Source of the DNA: Eledone cirrhosa
Lineage: Eukaryota
Assembly (NCBI GenBank): GCA_964016885.1
Contig: OZ024742.1
Location: 228,656,001-228,720,000, forward strand
DNA: 64,000 nucleotides
Reading direction: 5' to 3'
Each line of letters starts with the position of its first letter. The first letter of the stretch is position 1. Position numbers and translations under genes: made by a program. Under the pieces are notes generated by a model. That model made no database searches and was not told where the DNA came from. It saw nothing but the letters and a program-made list of their open reading frames with translations. This document shows, in pieces, positions 37,479 to 52,140 of this stretch.

Positions 37479-37580
37479 ATAAATGATTTAAACTGAACTT
37501 TGATTATTGTAATCTCTCTCTCTCTCTATATATATATTTATATATATATATATTTATATATATATATATTTATATATATA

Positions 37581-37616
<36 letters not shown>

Positions 37617-37657
37617 ATGATGTATGATATCATGCATGATGATATATATATATATAA

Positions 37658-38242
37658 GTAAATATCTTTAAGTCGCTTGGAAGCCTCGACAATGCAAATG
37701 GGTAAATCTCCGGGTAACAAGATCCGGTGGTGGAGAGAGAGATGTAAGTGGGTGTACGTTGAGATGCGTGGTGTGTATAAGATGTGTAGAAGAATGAAGG
37801 AAAGAGTATAAAGAATAAAATTAAAATAACAACACGAGAAAGAGTTACCTTGGGAGAGATTTAATTATCCCTATATATTTCGGATTCACATCCATCAACT
37901 GGGGTTTTTTTCCGGGGTGGGGGAAAGGTTGTCTGTGGGACAGGTGCGAAACGCGTCCTCCGCTGTTTGTTGTTTTGAATATCTGAGGTACTCAGCAGAG
38001 CGCGCGTGCGCGTGAAATGGGGTCGGTCGGGCAGAGGTCAGCGGCCGAATGAGGGAGTGGGGTGGCTCTAGCTGTCAGTCCATTCTCTGCTTGTTTGTTA
38101 AATGTTACTGTGTGTGTGTGTGTGTTGTTGTCTCGCTTGAGTGTGTGTGTGTGTGTGCGTGTGTTGTTGCCTTGTTCCTCTGTATTGGCAGTGCAGTATG
38201 TTCGTATTGTCGAGGCTTCCAAACGACTTAAAGATATTTACT
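37658..38242. mobile_element. Element with ~38-bp terminal inverted repeats between (TA)-rich tracts; degenerate hammerhead-like motifs inside
   Basis: gtaaatatctttaagtcgcttggaagcctcgacaat at 37658 is inverted at 38206-38241. Confidence 0.65.
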
Positions 38243-38509
38243 TATTATTCCACAATGCTTCAAGCAAACTTCAATACTCTCATATATATATTACACACAC
38301 ACACACATATATATATATATATGGTATATTATAATATATAATACATAAGATATGAAACGTATGATATGTTCACATGCCAACACAAGAGAAAGAATGAAGG
38401 GTTCATTCTACTGACATGGCTATAAAATTGAGGCTTGTTTGCATAATTGCAAACGAATCGAATGTTATTATTAATATTCGAAAAACTCAGATTACCTTTA
38501 TTGTATTCA

Positions 38510-38566
<57 letters not shown>

Positions 38567-38630
38567 GTAGAACACTGGAAGGTAATATCCGTAGTGGTAG
38601 AGCACTCAGGCCATGGGACGAGTTAGGTAG

Positions 38631-38769
38631 AAGTGGTTACACAACAGTTAGTTCACCATACGGAGAACAATTGTTTCACCCTAGCGGATCCTCAGCTCGA
38701 TTACGAGCTGAGGATCCGCTAAGGTGAAACAATTGTTCTCGGTATGGTGAACTAACTGTTGTGTAACCA

Positions 38770-38772
<3 letters not shown>
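38631..38772. ncRNA. 142-bp near-perfect palindrome made of two back-to-back minimal hammerhead motifs (38662-38699 on -, 38704-38741 on +)
   Basis: cgag CTGAGGA tccgctaaggt GAA ACAATTGT T ctcg on +, and an equivalent on -. Confidence 0.7.
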
Positions 38773-38811
<39 letters not shown>

Positions 38812-38812
<1 letters not shown>

Positions 38813-40043
38813 TAGCAGATGAGCCCGGTTGCACCTGGGGTTACTTTTTATTAAGTTAATAATTTGAAAAATATTATTGAAAGTTTATTATAAAGAAGCA
38901 GTATCAGGAAAATAAATAGAAATATGCACTTGGGGCTGGACGGCGTACAATGAGAAGTGGAGCGACGTGAAAAGAGTTGTTTATTAACAGCGAAATAGCA
39001 ATGTCGATGATATGCAAGTTTAAAAATGCATATTATGAAGGTTTGTATGATAGTTTACACTTTGATTGCCCTGGTCAGCAAGAGGGGCCTCTATATATTC
39101 GATGTTTATTAGAAGAGGGGGAAATAACTAATCCCAGTATTAGAACAGGGGGTTCGCAATGTAAGGGTTTTATTTCTTTTGTTAGAAAACAGTGACCTTT
39201 TTCGGTTTGGCATTTCGTAAAATTCTACTGCAGAATCGATTTCATAAAACTGTACTGTATGATCGTTATAGAAGTAATTAAATTTAATATAGAGCAACTG
39301 TAATTGAAAAATGAAAATGAAATGTACTCTAGAAGGCAACAGTTTTTAAATACGACAATGAATATTTAAAAAAAACTGAATTAATTAACTCGGCAACCAA
39401 AGGGCTTATAGAACCCATTCATTAAGTTCATAAAACGGTACTGTATGATCGTTATAGAAGTATTTAAATTTAATATAGAGCAACTATAATTGAAAAATGA
39501 AAACTTTAAACTTTTCATTTGACTTTGAAAAATACTACTTACTGTTAGTGGTGGTTAACAGGTATTAGAATTAAAATGAAAATAATATCGGAAAAAACGT
39601 ACTTGAGAACATGACTCCCTTCTTCGCAATTTAAGGGTTTTATTTCTTTTGATGGAAAACAGTGTCCGTTTTCGGTTTGACATTTCGTAAAATGGTACTG
39701 CAGAATCGATTTCATAAAACGGTACTGTATATTAACAGCGAAAGAACGCAGCGAAAGAAATTGATGAGTTTAAAAATTTGTATGAAATTGTAAATAAGAC
39801 AATGAATATTGAAAGTATTAGAACAGGGGGGAAATAACTCACCGAACGCGATAGTAAATATACCGTTTTGGGGCCCTAGGGACCACATTTTTCAAGTTAG
39901 AGATTTGAGACCTCGTCTATTTGCTTCCTTGGCACTTTTTACATAGCTGTGTAAATTTTCATGTCCGTCCGATCACGTCTACTACCATTTAACCGTGCAC
40001 AACTGAATTTCAACCACCACCCATTTCACAAATATATATTAGA
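38812..40043 (-). mobile_element. Non-autonomous Helitron with both termini
   Basis: Minus strand begins A|TCTAATATATATT and ends hairpin cccaggtgcaaccggg..CTAG|T; internal sub-repeats (39155-39330, 39425-39500, 39630-39730). Confidence 0.75.
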
Positions 40044-40207
40044 TGTAGGAGGTGAGTTTTATTGTAGCACAATAAAGCAATGTAAATATCGGATAAGTAG
40101 CACTCAACAGTTTATAGGACTGGAGTATAAATAATATAAGATCACTATGTTGATTTAACACTTCACTGCTCGCAAGTGTTTTTTAAGCTTCATATCATGT
40201 CTCCCTA

Positions 40208-40276
40208 ATTTTATCTGATGAGAACGCAAATATCAACCCATGATGATATTTGTTTTTGAAATGCGCATAATAAAAT
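40208..40276 (+). ncRNA. Minimal type I hammerhead ribozyme motif
   Basis: attttat CTGATGA gaac-caaatatca/tgatatttgtttt GAA ATGCGCAT A ataaaat; a core-less twin lies at 23005-23083. Confidence 0.75.
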
Positions 40277-40569
40277 ACATGGAACTCTTTTAACCATCTT
40301 TTGATCTTATATTATATATATATATATTACTTTCTCTCTCGCGCTCTATGTATCTGTCTACGTACTGTACTTACCTGCTAATCTGCCTTTCTGTCAGTCT
40401 GTTCATCTGTCTTCAGGACCAATGACTCTTTGTCATGAAAAAACGTCATGGAAGACCGTGTAACAATTAATCACATGACAGGTTATCTGGCATCCTATAA
40501 AATTGGTCAGAATCTCCTTATCTCCATTCCGAGCGATTTATAAATTAGACTTCCCATTGCTTCCATCCA

Positions 40570-40788
40570 CAGTCACGTACACACATGCCCACGCACACAT
40601 ACACATACTCACATACATCAACACACGCATTCACACACACATACACGCATTAACACCCACACCCTACACATTCACACACACGCACACACAGTCACACACG
40701 CGCACATACACACACACGCACACACACACATACACACATACACACAGAAACACGCACACACACACATTCACACACCCACCCACACATT

Positions 40789-40823
<35 letters not shown>

Positions 40824-41495
40824 GCGCACGCGCGTACACTCACCCACACACACACACACACATTCACACACACACACACACACACACGCGCGCGCGCGCA
40901 ACATGCTATTTCTAATCCGTCCTGTGACAACTGGAATGCGATACATATGTTATATTGTCCATGTTTGTGGCGAATTCTTTTCCGATAAATAAGGCATGAA
41001 TCAAATTTACAATAACACAGCCACTATCACCACGACCTCTACTAGCACCACCGCCACGATGAAGACGACTACCGCGACCTTTACTGTAACCACCAACAAC
41101 AGCAACAGAAACCAAACACCCTCACTATTATTAACATCGACTACAACGGCAATTAATGACGATATATGTACCACAAAATCAATAACGACAACAAAAAAAT
41201 AACATAGCCTCAACAACAACGGCAGCAAAAACAACAGTAATAACAATAACAATAAAATTGTTAACAAGGCTGAGAACAACACCAACAACGCCAACAACAA
41301 CACTAAAAAACAACAAAACAAATGAAATAAATCCACATACCATCACCATCACAACCATCCCCTTATCCGCCACTCCCTTCTCGACAATCACCGACCGTCA
41401 TTACCACCATCACAATAACAACAACAAAAACAATATCACTAACAATAATAACAGCAACAGTTGTAGACTTGCAACAGAGCGATGTTGTGATGATG

Positions 41496-41526
<31 letters not shown>

Positions 41527-41535
41527 CGATGGGCT
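40570..41535. repeat. Degenerate (CA)n followed by AAC/CAC/GAT low-complexity sequence
   Basis: Read directly from the sequence. Confidence 0.85.
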
Positions 41536-41812
41536 TAATGACGACAGCAACAGATCATATGCAATATGTCAAACACAGCCTGATATGTTTTCTATTAGCA
41601 GAAGACAGCTACTACATTATCTAACAACATTTGGAAGTTAAAAGAACTTATTAAAAATTTAGGCGGCCTCTCTGTCATAGTGTTATTTATTTAATTAGGC
41701 ATTCAGAAAATCTATAAAGTAAAATTGATGCCTATATTACCCAAGAGATTGCTTCCGAAGCTCTACTTCAAACCAAAAACATTGGCTGTCTTCTCAGATT
41801 GAGAGAGAGAGG

Positions 41813-41892
<80 letters not shown>

Positions 41893-42147
41893 CCCGTGTA
41901 TGTATGTGTTTCTGGTTTTATTATTTTATACAGTTTCCCCAATAGCCGGTTGGTAACATAGAAACAGAATTGTTTCGTTGGATTTTAGACATCAACTAGG
42001 TAAATGTGTCTATGTTTGAATGTGTGTTTGTGTGTGTACAGGTATAGATATTATTTCATGTGTGTACATTGTATAGTGTTTTGTCTACTACGTCGTGCCT
42101 CATCAGTCTGCCTGTCTTCTTATGTGTCTGTTTGTATCTATGTACTT

Positions 42148-42317
42148 TCGGTAGAGGGTCGGACGCCATGCTTTCCAGGATAGTTACGTCCCTTAACGAT
42201 CTGAGTTCAAATCCCGCCGAGGTTGACTTTGACTTTCATCCTTACGGGGTCGATAAAATAAAGTACCAGTAATTAACTGTGTAATTGCTGGCCTTGTGCC
42301 AAAAGTAGAAACAATTA
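42148..42317 (+). mobile_element. SINE family 1
   Basis: Near-identical to 46265-46432. Confidence 0.85.
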
Positions 42318-43697
42318 TCGAATTAAAGTAGATAGAGCTACGGTTACAAACGATTCGATACTAAGAATAGAGCAATTTTTATATTAAAAATATATATTAA
42401 AAGTGAAGAGAGTTCAGGATTTCAATTTGCTGCAGTTTTATTTGTCGACTCTTCAGAAATGCTATGTAGAATACTGGTAAAATAGTGCATATATAATGAA
42501 AGCAAAGATATGCCAAATAATGGGCAGCATCAGTCTATAGCCGAAGAAGAACAATGGACAAAAAAGAGAAGATTTGGATGACAATATTGGAGAGTCCCAT
42601 ATGCATAAATAGGCGCCTCTGTCCACTTTTTCCGTCTCTAAGAGCAATTTACATAACCTTTAATGATCGAATATTATTACACTTATATTTTGGTTCGGGC
42701 CTCACATTTTCAAATTTCAAACACTCTCGACGTTTCGATAACTTATAAGGTATATATATGTATAAGATACATATACACATAAAATGTGTATCTGTTGGAC
42801 CTCCGTCGCTTCAAACGACTAGTATTCCAGTCGAGTGAACAACGGAACAGCCTGCAAGTGAAACTAATGTGCAAGTGGCTGAGAATTCAGACATACACAT
42901 CTATCCTCAACATAATTCTCAGGGAGAGTCAACATGACTCAGTATATAACAAGGTTGGTCCCTTGAATTACAACTGCAACTCATTTTCCCAGCTGAGTAG
43001 ACTAGAACAATGAGAAATACAGTGTCATGCACAAAGACATAACGCGCCGCGAGGAATGGAATCCACGTCCTTAAGTTCTTGAGTAGTACACCATAATCAG
43101 AAGCTCCACATCTTCACGCACACAAAGTATAATCAGGGTGGACTCACAATGCTGAGTTATACAGAAAACCTTTTGAAAGGACATAAGTTTTAGTTCCATG
43201 AAACACGTAAATCCACAACTGTCACGTTGAGTCTGAAGTAAGACGTAGTTAACAAAAATAACTCACTCTCATTTAGTTATTCTACTTTATAGTAGTCGCA
43301 GCATGGCCGAATCGCTAAGAGATTCGCTTCGCAATCATTAGGTTTCGGGTTCGATTCCACAGCGTGGTATCTTGGGTAAGTGTTGTTTTACCATAGCCTT
43401 GAATCAACCCAGGCCATGTGAGTGCAATTGGGTAGATGGAAATGCTTTGGAAGCCCGTAGGATGGACTATACCTTAATTCAAAGGGCTAGTCTTATTACA
43501 TAGTGCCATGCAGAATCTCTCTAAGAATTACGTTTAGGGTACACATGTCTGTGGATTGTTTAGCCATTTACGTGTTAATTTCATGAACTAGCCGTTCCGT
43601 TGTTCTGACAACTGGAACACTCATCGTCGAAATAGACAGAGATCCATCGTCTTTAAACAAGTGGATTCTAATATTCCTATAAGAACATTGATATTTG

Positions 43698-43990
43698 TGG
43701 TTCACAAATAGCTTTACCATTTAAACATTTAATAGCTCTTTTTTTCATCAACAATGTATTTCACAGTTCTATTTCATATTTTGAAAATATGCCACGTAGA
43801 AATTTTCTATAATAAAATTTCAGCTAACATATTTTCAAAGTATATTATCTGGAAATTTATTATGGAAAATTTCCAAGTAGCATATTTTAAAATCTTAAAT
43901 AGAAATTAGAAATAAATAGAAATTATGAATAAACTGTTGTTAAAAAAATTAAAACTTTTAAACAGTAAATCTATTTATGGGTCACCCTGC
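43698..43990. mobile_element. Degenerate fold-back (mariner-like) MITE
   Basis: Left and right halves are imperfect reverse complements; right end is cacccTG. Confidence 0.5.
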
Positions 43991-44709
43991 ATTATGATAT
44001 TAAACATTTAAGGCAAATTAGAATAAGATTAATTTTAATATTATTGTGAGGAATGTAGTAGTGTTGACTCATCTTATTAGTTCCAGTCATGAGGCATCAG
44101 CCATACTGGGGCACCACCTTAAAAAGATTTAAACGATATTTAACTACACAGCCATACCTGTGCCTGTTCGTATAAACGCGTGTAAAGAGATACAATTGTT
44201 CGCCTCGTGGAAAGAATCAACTATAATAATATGCTATGTATGTTTGTATGTTTGTATATTTATATATATCGATTTAAAATTTACACACTCAAAGATTTAC
44301 AAATTTACTCATGCGTAGACACATACATACAAAGAGTTTCCTGTTTCAGCTAGGAAAGGGGAAGATATGTATACAAAAACACACACTAGACTTATACAAT
44401 GATATTAAGCGCACGCACGCACGCACGCAGGTACACACAATCATGCGCAAACACAAACACATAAATACACAAGCATACACACACACAGCCATACACACAC
44501 ACACACACAAACACATATATACACAAGCATATACACACACACACACACATGCACAAACACATACAGAAACACAAACTGATACACATCTAAATGACGTGAT
44601 AATGGGTGTATGCGCGTATACGTTAGTTATTATATATAAATACATACATATATATGAAATACAAAAATTACTCCATGTGAAAGAGACAAATACATGAGAA
44701 ACATTGTGT

Positions 44710-44805
<96 letters not shown>

Positions 44806-44810
44806 ACACA

Positions 44811-44916
<106 letters not shown>

Positions 44917-44934
44917 CATACACACACACACACA

Positions 44935-45023
<89 letters not shown>

Positions 45024-45438
45024 CACACACACACACAGACACAGGCACATACACACACAGAGACAGAGGGATCTACGCCACTCAAGATGTGAGTTAATGT
45101 AGAGAATATGCAAAAGATTCTGTGCCACATGCAGAAGACTTATAAAGCGAATGTTCTCAAAAAACTAATTATGATTTAAAAAATGGCCCAAAACAACAAG
45201 ATTCCTGATTTCTTCATTAGCCACAAGGGCTTGCGTATATAATATAGTAAGCATCAGATATTTACATGATAGTAATAATCCAGACTGATAATAATAATAA
45301 TATAGAAATAATAATAATAATAATATTTTAATGAAAATGATTTATTTATTATATAATACATTATATATGTGTGTAAAAAGTAAACAAATAACAAAGCAAA
45401 CGACACAGTACACCCCCCCTACATATATATATATATGA

Positions 45439-45487
<49 letters not shown>

Positions 45488-45609
45488 CATATATATATAC
45501 ATACATACATACATATTTATACGTACATATACATACATACATACATATACATACATGCAAACACATACATACATACATGCATACACATACATACATACGT
45601 ACATACATA

Positions 45610-45667
<58 letters not shown>

Positions 45668-46049
45668 AAATAATAATAGTAAACAGAATGCCAAACAGGT
45701 TAATAAAAAGCTTTACAAAGGTATAATGGATCGTATTTTATTTGGTTAAGATCATTTTATTATTTTTTTACATTCTATGATGTATATACATATGTATATA
45801 CATACATATATATACGTACATATACATACATACATATACATGCATGCAAGCACATACATACATACACATACATACATACGTACATACATACATTGGATTG
45901 TATTTTATTTGGTTAAGAGCATTTTATTATTTTTTTACATTCTATGATGGGAAGGAGTTAGTTATCTCTTTAATTATTAACGAAGGAAGACATAGGAGAG
46001 GATTTGTAAGGTTTCGTTTTGTATTACATGTTAGGAGTCATTATGTATT

Positions 46050-46431
46050 GGATTGGCAGTATCAGTAGAGGGTCGGAAGCCATGCTTTCCAGCATAGTTA
46101 CGTCCCTTTACGATTTGAGTTCAAATCCCGCCGAGGTTGACTTTGCCTTTCATCTTTACGGGGTCGATAAAATAAAGTACCAGTAATGCACTGGGTAATT
46201 GCTGGCCTTGTGCCTAAAGTAGAAACAATAATGTGTACATGTCTAGGGCGGTGGATTGGCAGTATCGGTAGAGGGTCGGACGCCATGCTTTCCAGCATAG
46301 TTACGTCCCTTTACGATCTGAGTTCAAATCCCGCCGAGGTTGACTTTGCCTTTCATCTTTACGGGGTCGATAAAATAAAGTACCAGTAATGCACTGGGTT
46401 ATTGCTGGCCTTGTGCCAAAAGTAGAAACAA
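46050..46431 (+). mobile_element. Two young SINE family 1 copies in tandem
   Basis: Near-identical units; attatgtat-like target repeated before, between and after them. Confidence 0.88.
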
Positions 46432-46813
46432 TTATGTATATATGTCTATCTGTCTGTATGCCTGTCTGTCTGTAAGCATCTATGTATGTATGTATGTACG
46501 TATGTACGTATATATGAACGTGCGTATGTGTGTATGAACGTATGAACGTATATATGTTTGTATGTATGTACGTATGTATGTACGTATGTACGTATATATG
46601 AACGTACGTATGTTTGTATGAACGTACGTATGTTTGTATGTATGAATGTACGTATGTTTGTATCTATGTACGTATGTACGTATATGTGAACGTACGTATG
46701 TATGCTTGTACGTATGAACGTACGTATGTTTGTATGTATGTACGTATGTACGTATATGTGAACGTACGTATGACGTATATATGTCTGTATGTATGAGTGC
46801 GTAAGTGTGTATA

Positions 46814-47117
46814 TTATCTCTTTCTCTTAATTTCGAGTATATTTTTTTGACCGGCCACCTTCCTGGTGGCAAGGTTGTAAAAGAAAAGAAATTGTCATCC
46901 CTTGAATCGCAAGAATGTTTTGCAAATTTTGAAGGTGCCAGCTATCGCAGCCATTTGTAAACTATGAATTAGGGAGCTGCGCTTTTTGTCCGCAAATCCA
47001 AGTTCAGTCATACTTTGGTCCAAGCGGGTTGGTATATAACCCGTAGCTCCAATAATGATGGGTATGAAGCTAAAGGTGTATCTTGGATACTGGATTTGTA
47101 AACTCCTCATCAATGGT
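46814..47117 (-). mobile_element. 3' fragment of R4-like family X
   Basis: Near-identical to 52465-52767; embedded in (TATG)-like repeats. Confidence 0.88.
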
Positions 47118-47170
47118 ATATATGTATTTATGCACGTATGTATGTATGTATGCATGTATGGTATGTATGT

Positions 47171-47457
47171 AGACTTTGTCAGGGCATTCTTCTAGGAGAA
47201 GGCAACTCAGGAAACTGGAATAACTCCGATATAAAACCTGCGTCTCAGTAGTTACCGATGATGTTCATCTTTTCTTCTTCTCTTCTTTTCGGGTTATAGC
47301 TACTGTCGCTCAGAGAGTGGGATTGGCTCAGTGCACAGTCTTTCCTTACTTTAAAAAATATCTTCAGGCACAGGCATTGCACAATAGAATTAATTAATAA
47401 TTATTAATAATGGTATATCGTGCAATGGCCATACTCGATAACGAGGGGGAAGCCATC
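47171..47457 (+). mobile_element. Non-autonomous RTE derivative, type 1 (truncated)
   Basis: 3' end identical to that of the RTE at 52282-52320; homologous to 56430-56710. Confidence 0.75.
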
Positions 47458-47886
47458 ATATCATGTATGTATGTATGAATGTATGTATGCTTGTATGTTT
47501 GTTTGTATATATGTATGCATTTATGCATGTAAGTACGTACGTATATATGTATGAATATATGTATGTATGTATATATGTATGCATGTTCCAATGTATCAGC
47601 AAATATGTGTATGTTTGTATATATCTATGAAAATATGTATGCCTATTTGTATGTGCCTCTGCAGGTATGCACATATACATGCATGGATGAATGCACACAC
47701 ACTCACGCACGCCACACACACACACATAAATATAAATTTCCTATGAGTTTAAATATAATACAGCAATATTACACATACATTATATGTACGTCACACATAC
47801 ATTATATGTACGAACACAAAAAAATCAATAATTTCAAATTTCATAATCATTTATAATATACACAAACATGTATATCTACATAGCAC

Positions 47887-48019
<133 letters not shown>

Positions 48020-48032
48020 TTATATAAAAATC

Positions 48033-48087
<55 letters not shown>

Positions 48088-48124
48088 CACTTTCTCTCTC
48101 TCTCTTTTTCTCTCTCTCTCTATA

Positions 48125-48162
<38 letters not shown>

Positions 48163-48708
48163 TGTGTGTGTGTGTGTGTGAGAGTGTACTTTAATAAAAT
48201 AAAGAACGTATAAAATACATACGTATTCTATACACTATGCATAAGAAACCCTATGAATTATGATGACAAGGGAATTATACATTATAGTGATTATGAGAAG
48301 TTGCCATTGATGTACCTATGTATGTATGTATGCATGCATGCATGCATGCATGTATGTATGTATGTATGTATGTATGTATGTATGTATGTATGTATGTATG
48401 TATGTATGTATGTATGTATGTATGCATGCATGCATGCATGTATGTATGTATGTATGTATGTATGTATGTATGTATGTATGTATGTATGTATGTATGCATG
48501 CATGTATGTATGTATGTATGCATGCATGTATGTATGTATGTATGTATGTATGTATGTATGTATGTATGTATGTATGTATGTATGTATGTATGTATGTATG
48601 TATCTATATATGTATGTATGTACGCACGCACATATGTATGTATGTACGCACGAACATATGTATGTACGCACGCACGTATGTATGTATGTATGTATGTATG
48701 TATGTATG

Positions 48709-48739
<31 letters not shown>

Positions 48740-48785
48740 TAATAATAGTAACAACAACAATAATAATAATAATAATAATAATAAT

Positions 48786-50547
48786 GAGATCTTCAAGGTA
48801 GCAGATAACATCAGACAGTTGTTGAGCAAAAGTATGAAGTCCTGGAAAACAGAGTTAACAGCAACTGGATAATCCTTGGGAGGCGTGAAGATCAAGAGAG
48901 GTATCTTCCAGAGAGATAGTCTGTCCCCTCTGTTGTTTGTCCTTGCCCTGATGCCCCTGACCATTATACTGCGAAAAGTAAGAGCAGGATACAAGTTGGG
49001 AAACGGAGAGATTACCATCAATCACCTCCTCTTCAATGACGATATTAAGCTCTTCGGGAAGAGTGAGAAGGAGTTGGATGTGCTTGTTGACACTGTCCGT
49101 ATTTTCAGCAATGATATATGTATGCAATTTGGTATTAGTAAGTGTGGAGTCCTTGTGATGAAGAGGGGGTAAATTGAGCAGAAGCAACGGAGTCCAGGTA
49201 CCAACAGGTGAGATGATAAAGGAAATTTACACTGAAGAAGGATACAAATATTTGAGTATTCTGGAAGCTGATGACATCAAGAACAAAAAAATGAAGGAAT
49301 TGATAAGATCTGAATACATTCGGAGAGTAAGGAGCGTATTAAAGTCACATCTGAACAGTAGGAATGCCATAAGTGCAGTAAATTCCCAAGCTGTGTCTAT
49401 TATTAGGTACAGTCCGGGAATTCTGAGATGGAATGTTGCTGAACAAAAAGAAATGGATATGAAGACTAGGAAGCTATTGACTATCTACAACATGTTCCAC
49501 AAGAGGAGTGATGTCGATAGACTCTACTTAAGGAGATCTGAAGGTGGAAGAGGTCTTATCAGCATAGAGGACTGTGTTCAGATGGAGAAAAACAACCTAC
49601 ACAAATACGTGACCGATAGTAAGGAGCCAATGCTTAGAATTGTACTGAAGGAGAGGACAATAGACCAGGGGATGTCCAAGGAGGAAATAACAACGAGGAG
49701 AAAGAGCAACCTTCATGAAAAATCCCTTCATAGTACCCTCTTTGAGAAAACGGAATTCAGAGATCCACAGACATGGAACTAGTTGAGAAGAGGAAACCTT
49801 AAAAAGGCTACAGAAGCAATGTTAATGGCAGCGCAAGAGCAGGCTCTCAAAACGAAGTGGCTGAAACACCATATTTACAAGGAGGAGGCTAGCCCACTGT
49901 GCAGGATCTATGGAGAGAGAGATAGGAGACTGTGGCTCACATTGTATCAGAGTGTAAACACCTAGCCCAGACTCACTATAAAGGCTGGAGACATGATGTG
50001 ATGGGCAGGGTGATCCACTGGCACCTATGCAAAGTAAACAATTTACCACATTCTGAGAAGTGGTATGAGCATAAGCCAGAGTCTGTGATAGAAAACGATC
50101 AGGTGAAGGTGCTATGGGATTTTAGGATACAGACGGACAAGAAACTGGAACACAATAGACCTGACCTGGTGGTTTTGGACAAGGAAAAAAGATCGTGCCT
50201 GATTGTGGATGTGGCCTGCCCATTCGACACGAGAGTGCAAGAGAAGGAGAGGGAGAAAATTAACCGATACCAGGACTTAAAGTGGGAGGTAAAAAGGATT
50301 TGGAACTGCCATGAAATCAAAGTGGTCCCGATTGTCATAGGCGCACTAGGTACTATCTCAAAAAGTTTCCAGGGATGGTTAAAGAAAATTGGCCCCGTCC
50401 CGCTTTTTGGAACACTTCAAAAGGCATGCTTGCTGGGAACAGCAAGAACTCTCCGATACGTCCTGAATATCTGAGGCTGCAGGTAGTGGCTTGATATTCA
50501 TTTCAACAAACTTTCCAGTTAACTAACATCAATGACTGACACTCAAA

Positions 50548-50549
<2 letters not shown>
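48786..50549 (+). mobile_element. 5'-truncated R4/Dong-like LINE, same family as 17161-19768
   Basis: Near-identical sequence; (AAT)n on both sides. Confidence 0.92.
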
Positions 50550-50624
<75 letters not shown>

Positions 50625-50667
50625 TACTATTAATAATTATTAATGCAATCGTGCAATGCCTGTGCCT

Positions 50668-52094
50668 ATCTCAGTAAAAAAATGGAGTGAAACAGGGGGA
50701 TATTCCAGCACCGACCCTGTTTGCCATATACTTTGCAATGGTTTTCTGTATTGCATTCAGGAATTGCGAGCATGGTGTTTACATCCGATATCGAACCTCA
50801 GGCAGCATATTTAACATCAGGCGCTTTGCTGCAAAGACAAAAGTATTTACATCAATCATAAGAGACCTCTTGTATGCAGATGATTGCGATCTTGTAGCGC
50901 ACACAGAGAGTGATATGCAGCACATTTTGAATGCATTTTCTGACGCTTCCACTGCCCTAGGATTGACTGTCAGTCTCAAGAAAACCGTCGTCATGTACCA
51001 ACCTGCCCCTGGTAAGCAGTACACTGAACCAAATATCTATGTGTATGGTAAATGACTTGGAGTGGTTGATCAGTTTGTCTACCTGGGAAGCACTGTCAAT
51101 CGATACAGCAACTTTGATAGTGAAATCTCACTTAGGTTTAGGAAAGCAAGTGATGCTTTCGGAAAGCTAGAAAGGCGACTCTGGGGTCGGCGAGACATAT
51201 GCAGGAGGACAAAGGCAAAGGTGTACAAGGCATGTGTGCTCTCTTGTCTTCTTTATGCCTGCGAGACGTGGGTCACATATCGACACCACCTTAAGCAATT
51301 GGAGCGTTTCCATCAGATGTGTCTCAGACGGATCCATGGCGTTCACTGGAGGGACCACATCAGTGATGTCGAGATTTTGGAAAGCTCTATGTGTGACAGT
51401 ATAGAGGCTCTTGTGCTTAAGCAACGACTCCGTTGGAGTGGTCACCTTGCCAGGATGAAGGATTCTAGAATACCAAAGCAACTCTTTTATGGAGAGTTAG
51501 TTAAAGGGAAACGACCGCCACATAAACCAAAAAAGTGGTATAAGGATTCCTTGAAAGCCTCTTTGAAAGACGCTAACATCTCTGCTGATACATGGGAAAA
51601 TATTGATGCTGATCGTGATAAATGGAGAAAGACTGTATATGAGGGAAAAGTTGCCATAAAGGCATCTCGAATCGCATACGAGAAAGTAAAGCGGCACTTC
51701 CAGACGGCGAGAGTCCTCCTATGGTGCTGACATGCAGCGTCTGTGCGAGACTCTGCATAAGCAAAGCTGGACTCGAAAGTCATCTTCGCAGTCATAAAGT
51801 AAGACCAGTGGTTGACTACCAGGCTGCTGTTGGAGATGCTACTCATCATGCTTGCCAAACATATGGTAGAGAATGTAAATCAGCAGGAGGACTCAAGCGA
51901 CATGCAAAAGTACATGAACTCCAACCACAGCCGGCTATTCCCAGCGAATGTTTTGGTTGCCGACTCTGTGCAAGACATTTTAGATCATTGGCTGGGCTAA
52001 AAAGCCACATTCGATCGCAGCGCTGTTAGTTGCTATCGTGTGTGTGTGTATAGATATGTTTATGTGTGTGCATGTGTGTGTATATATATATGTA

Positions 52095-52140
<46 letters not shown>

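Larger units (their letters stand above)
33530..37514 (-). mobile_element. 5'-truncated Penelope-like element with an inverted pseudo-LTR
   Basis: About 33685-34350 is the reverse complement of about 37108-37514; GIY-YIG ORF lies between; (TA)n flanks. Confidence 0.88.

Noticed and set aside
37865-37962. Hammerhead-like pieces (minus strand CAGTTGA..GAAATATATA; plus strand GAAACGCGTC)
   Set aside because: Core mutated or absent, so not called as ribozymes
42440-42650. Possible host exon in unique sequence (short hydrophobic ORF on -, ..KKRRFG* on +)
   Set aside because: Short, no recognisable domain, no convincing splice-site pair
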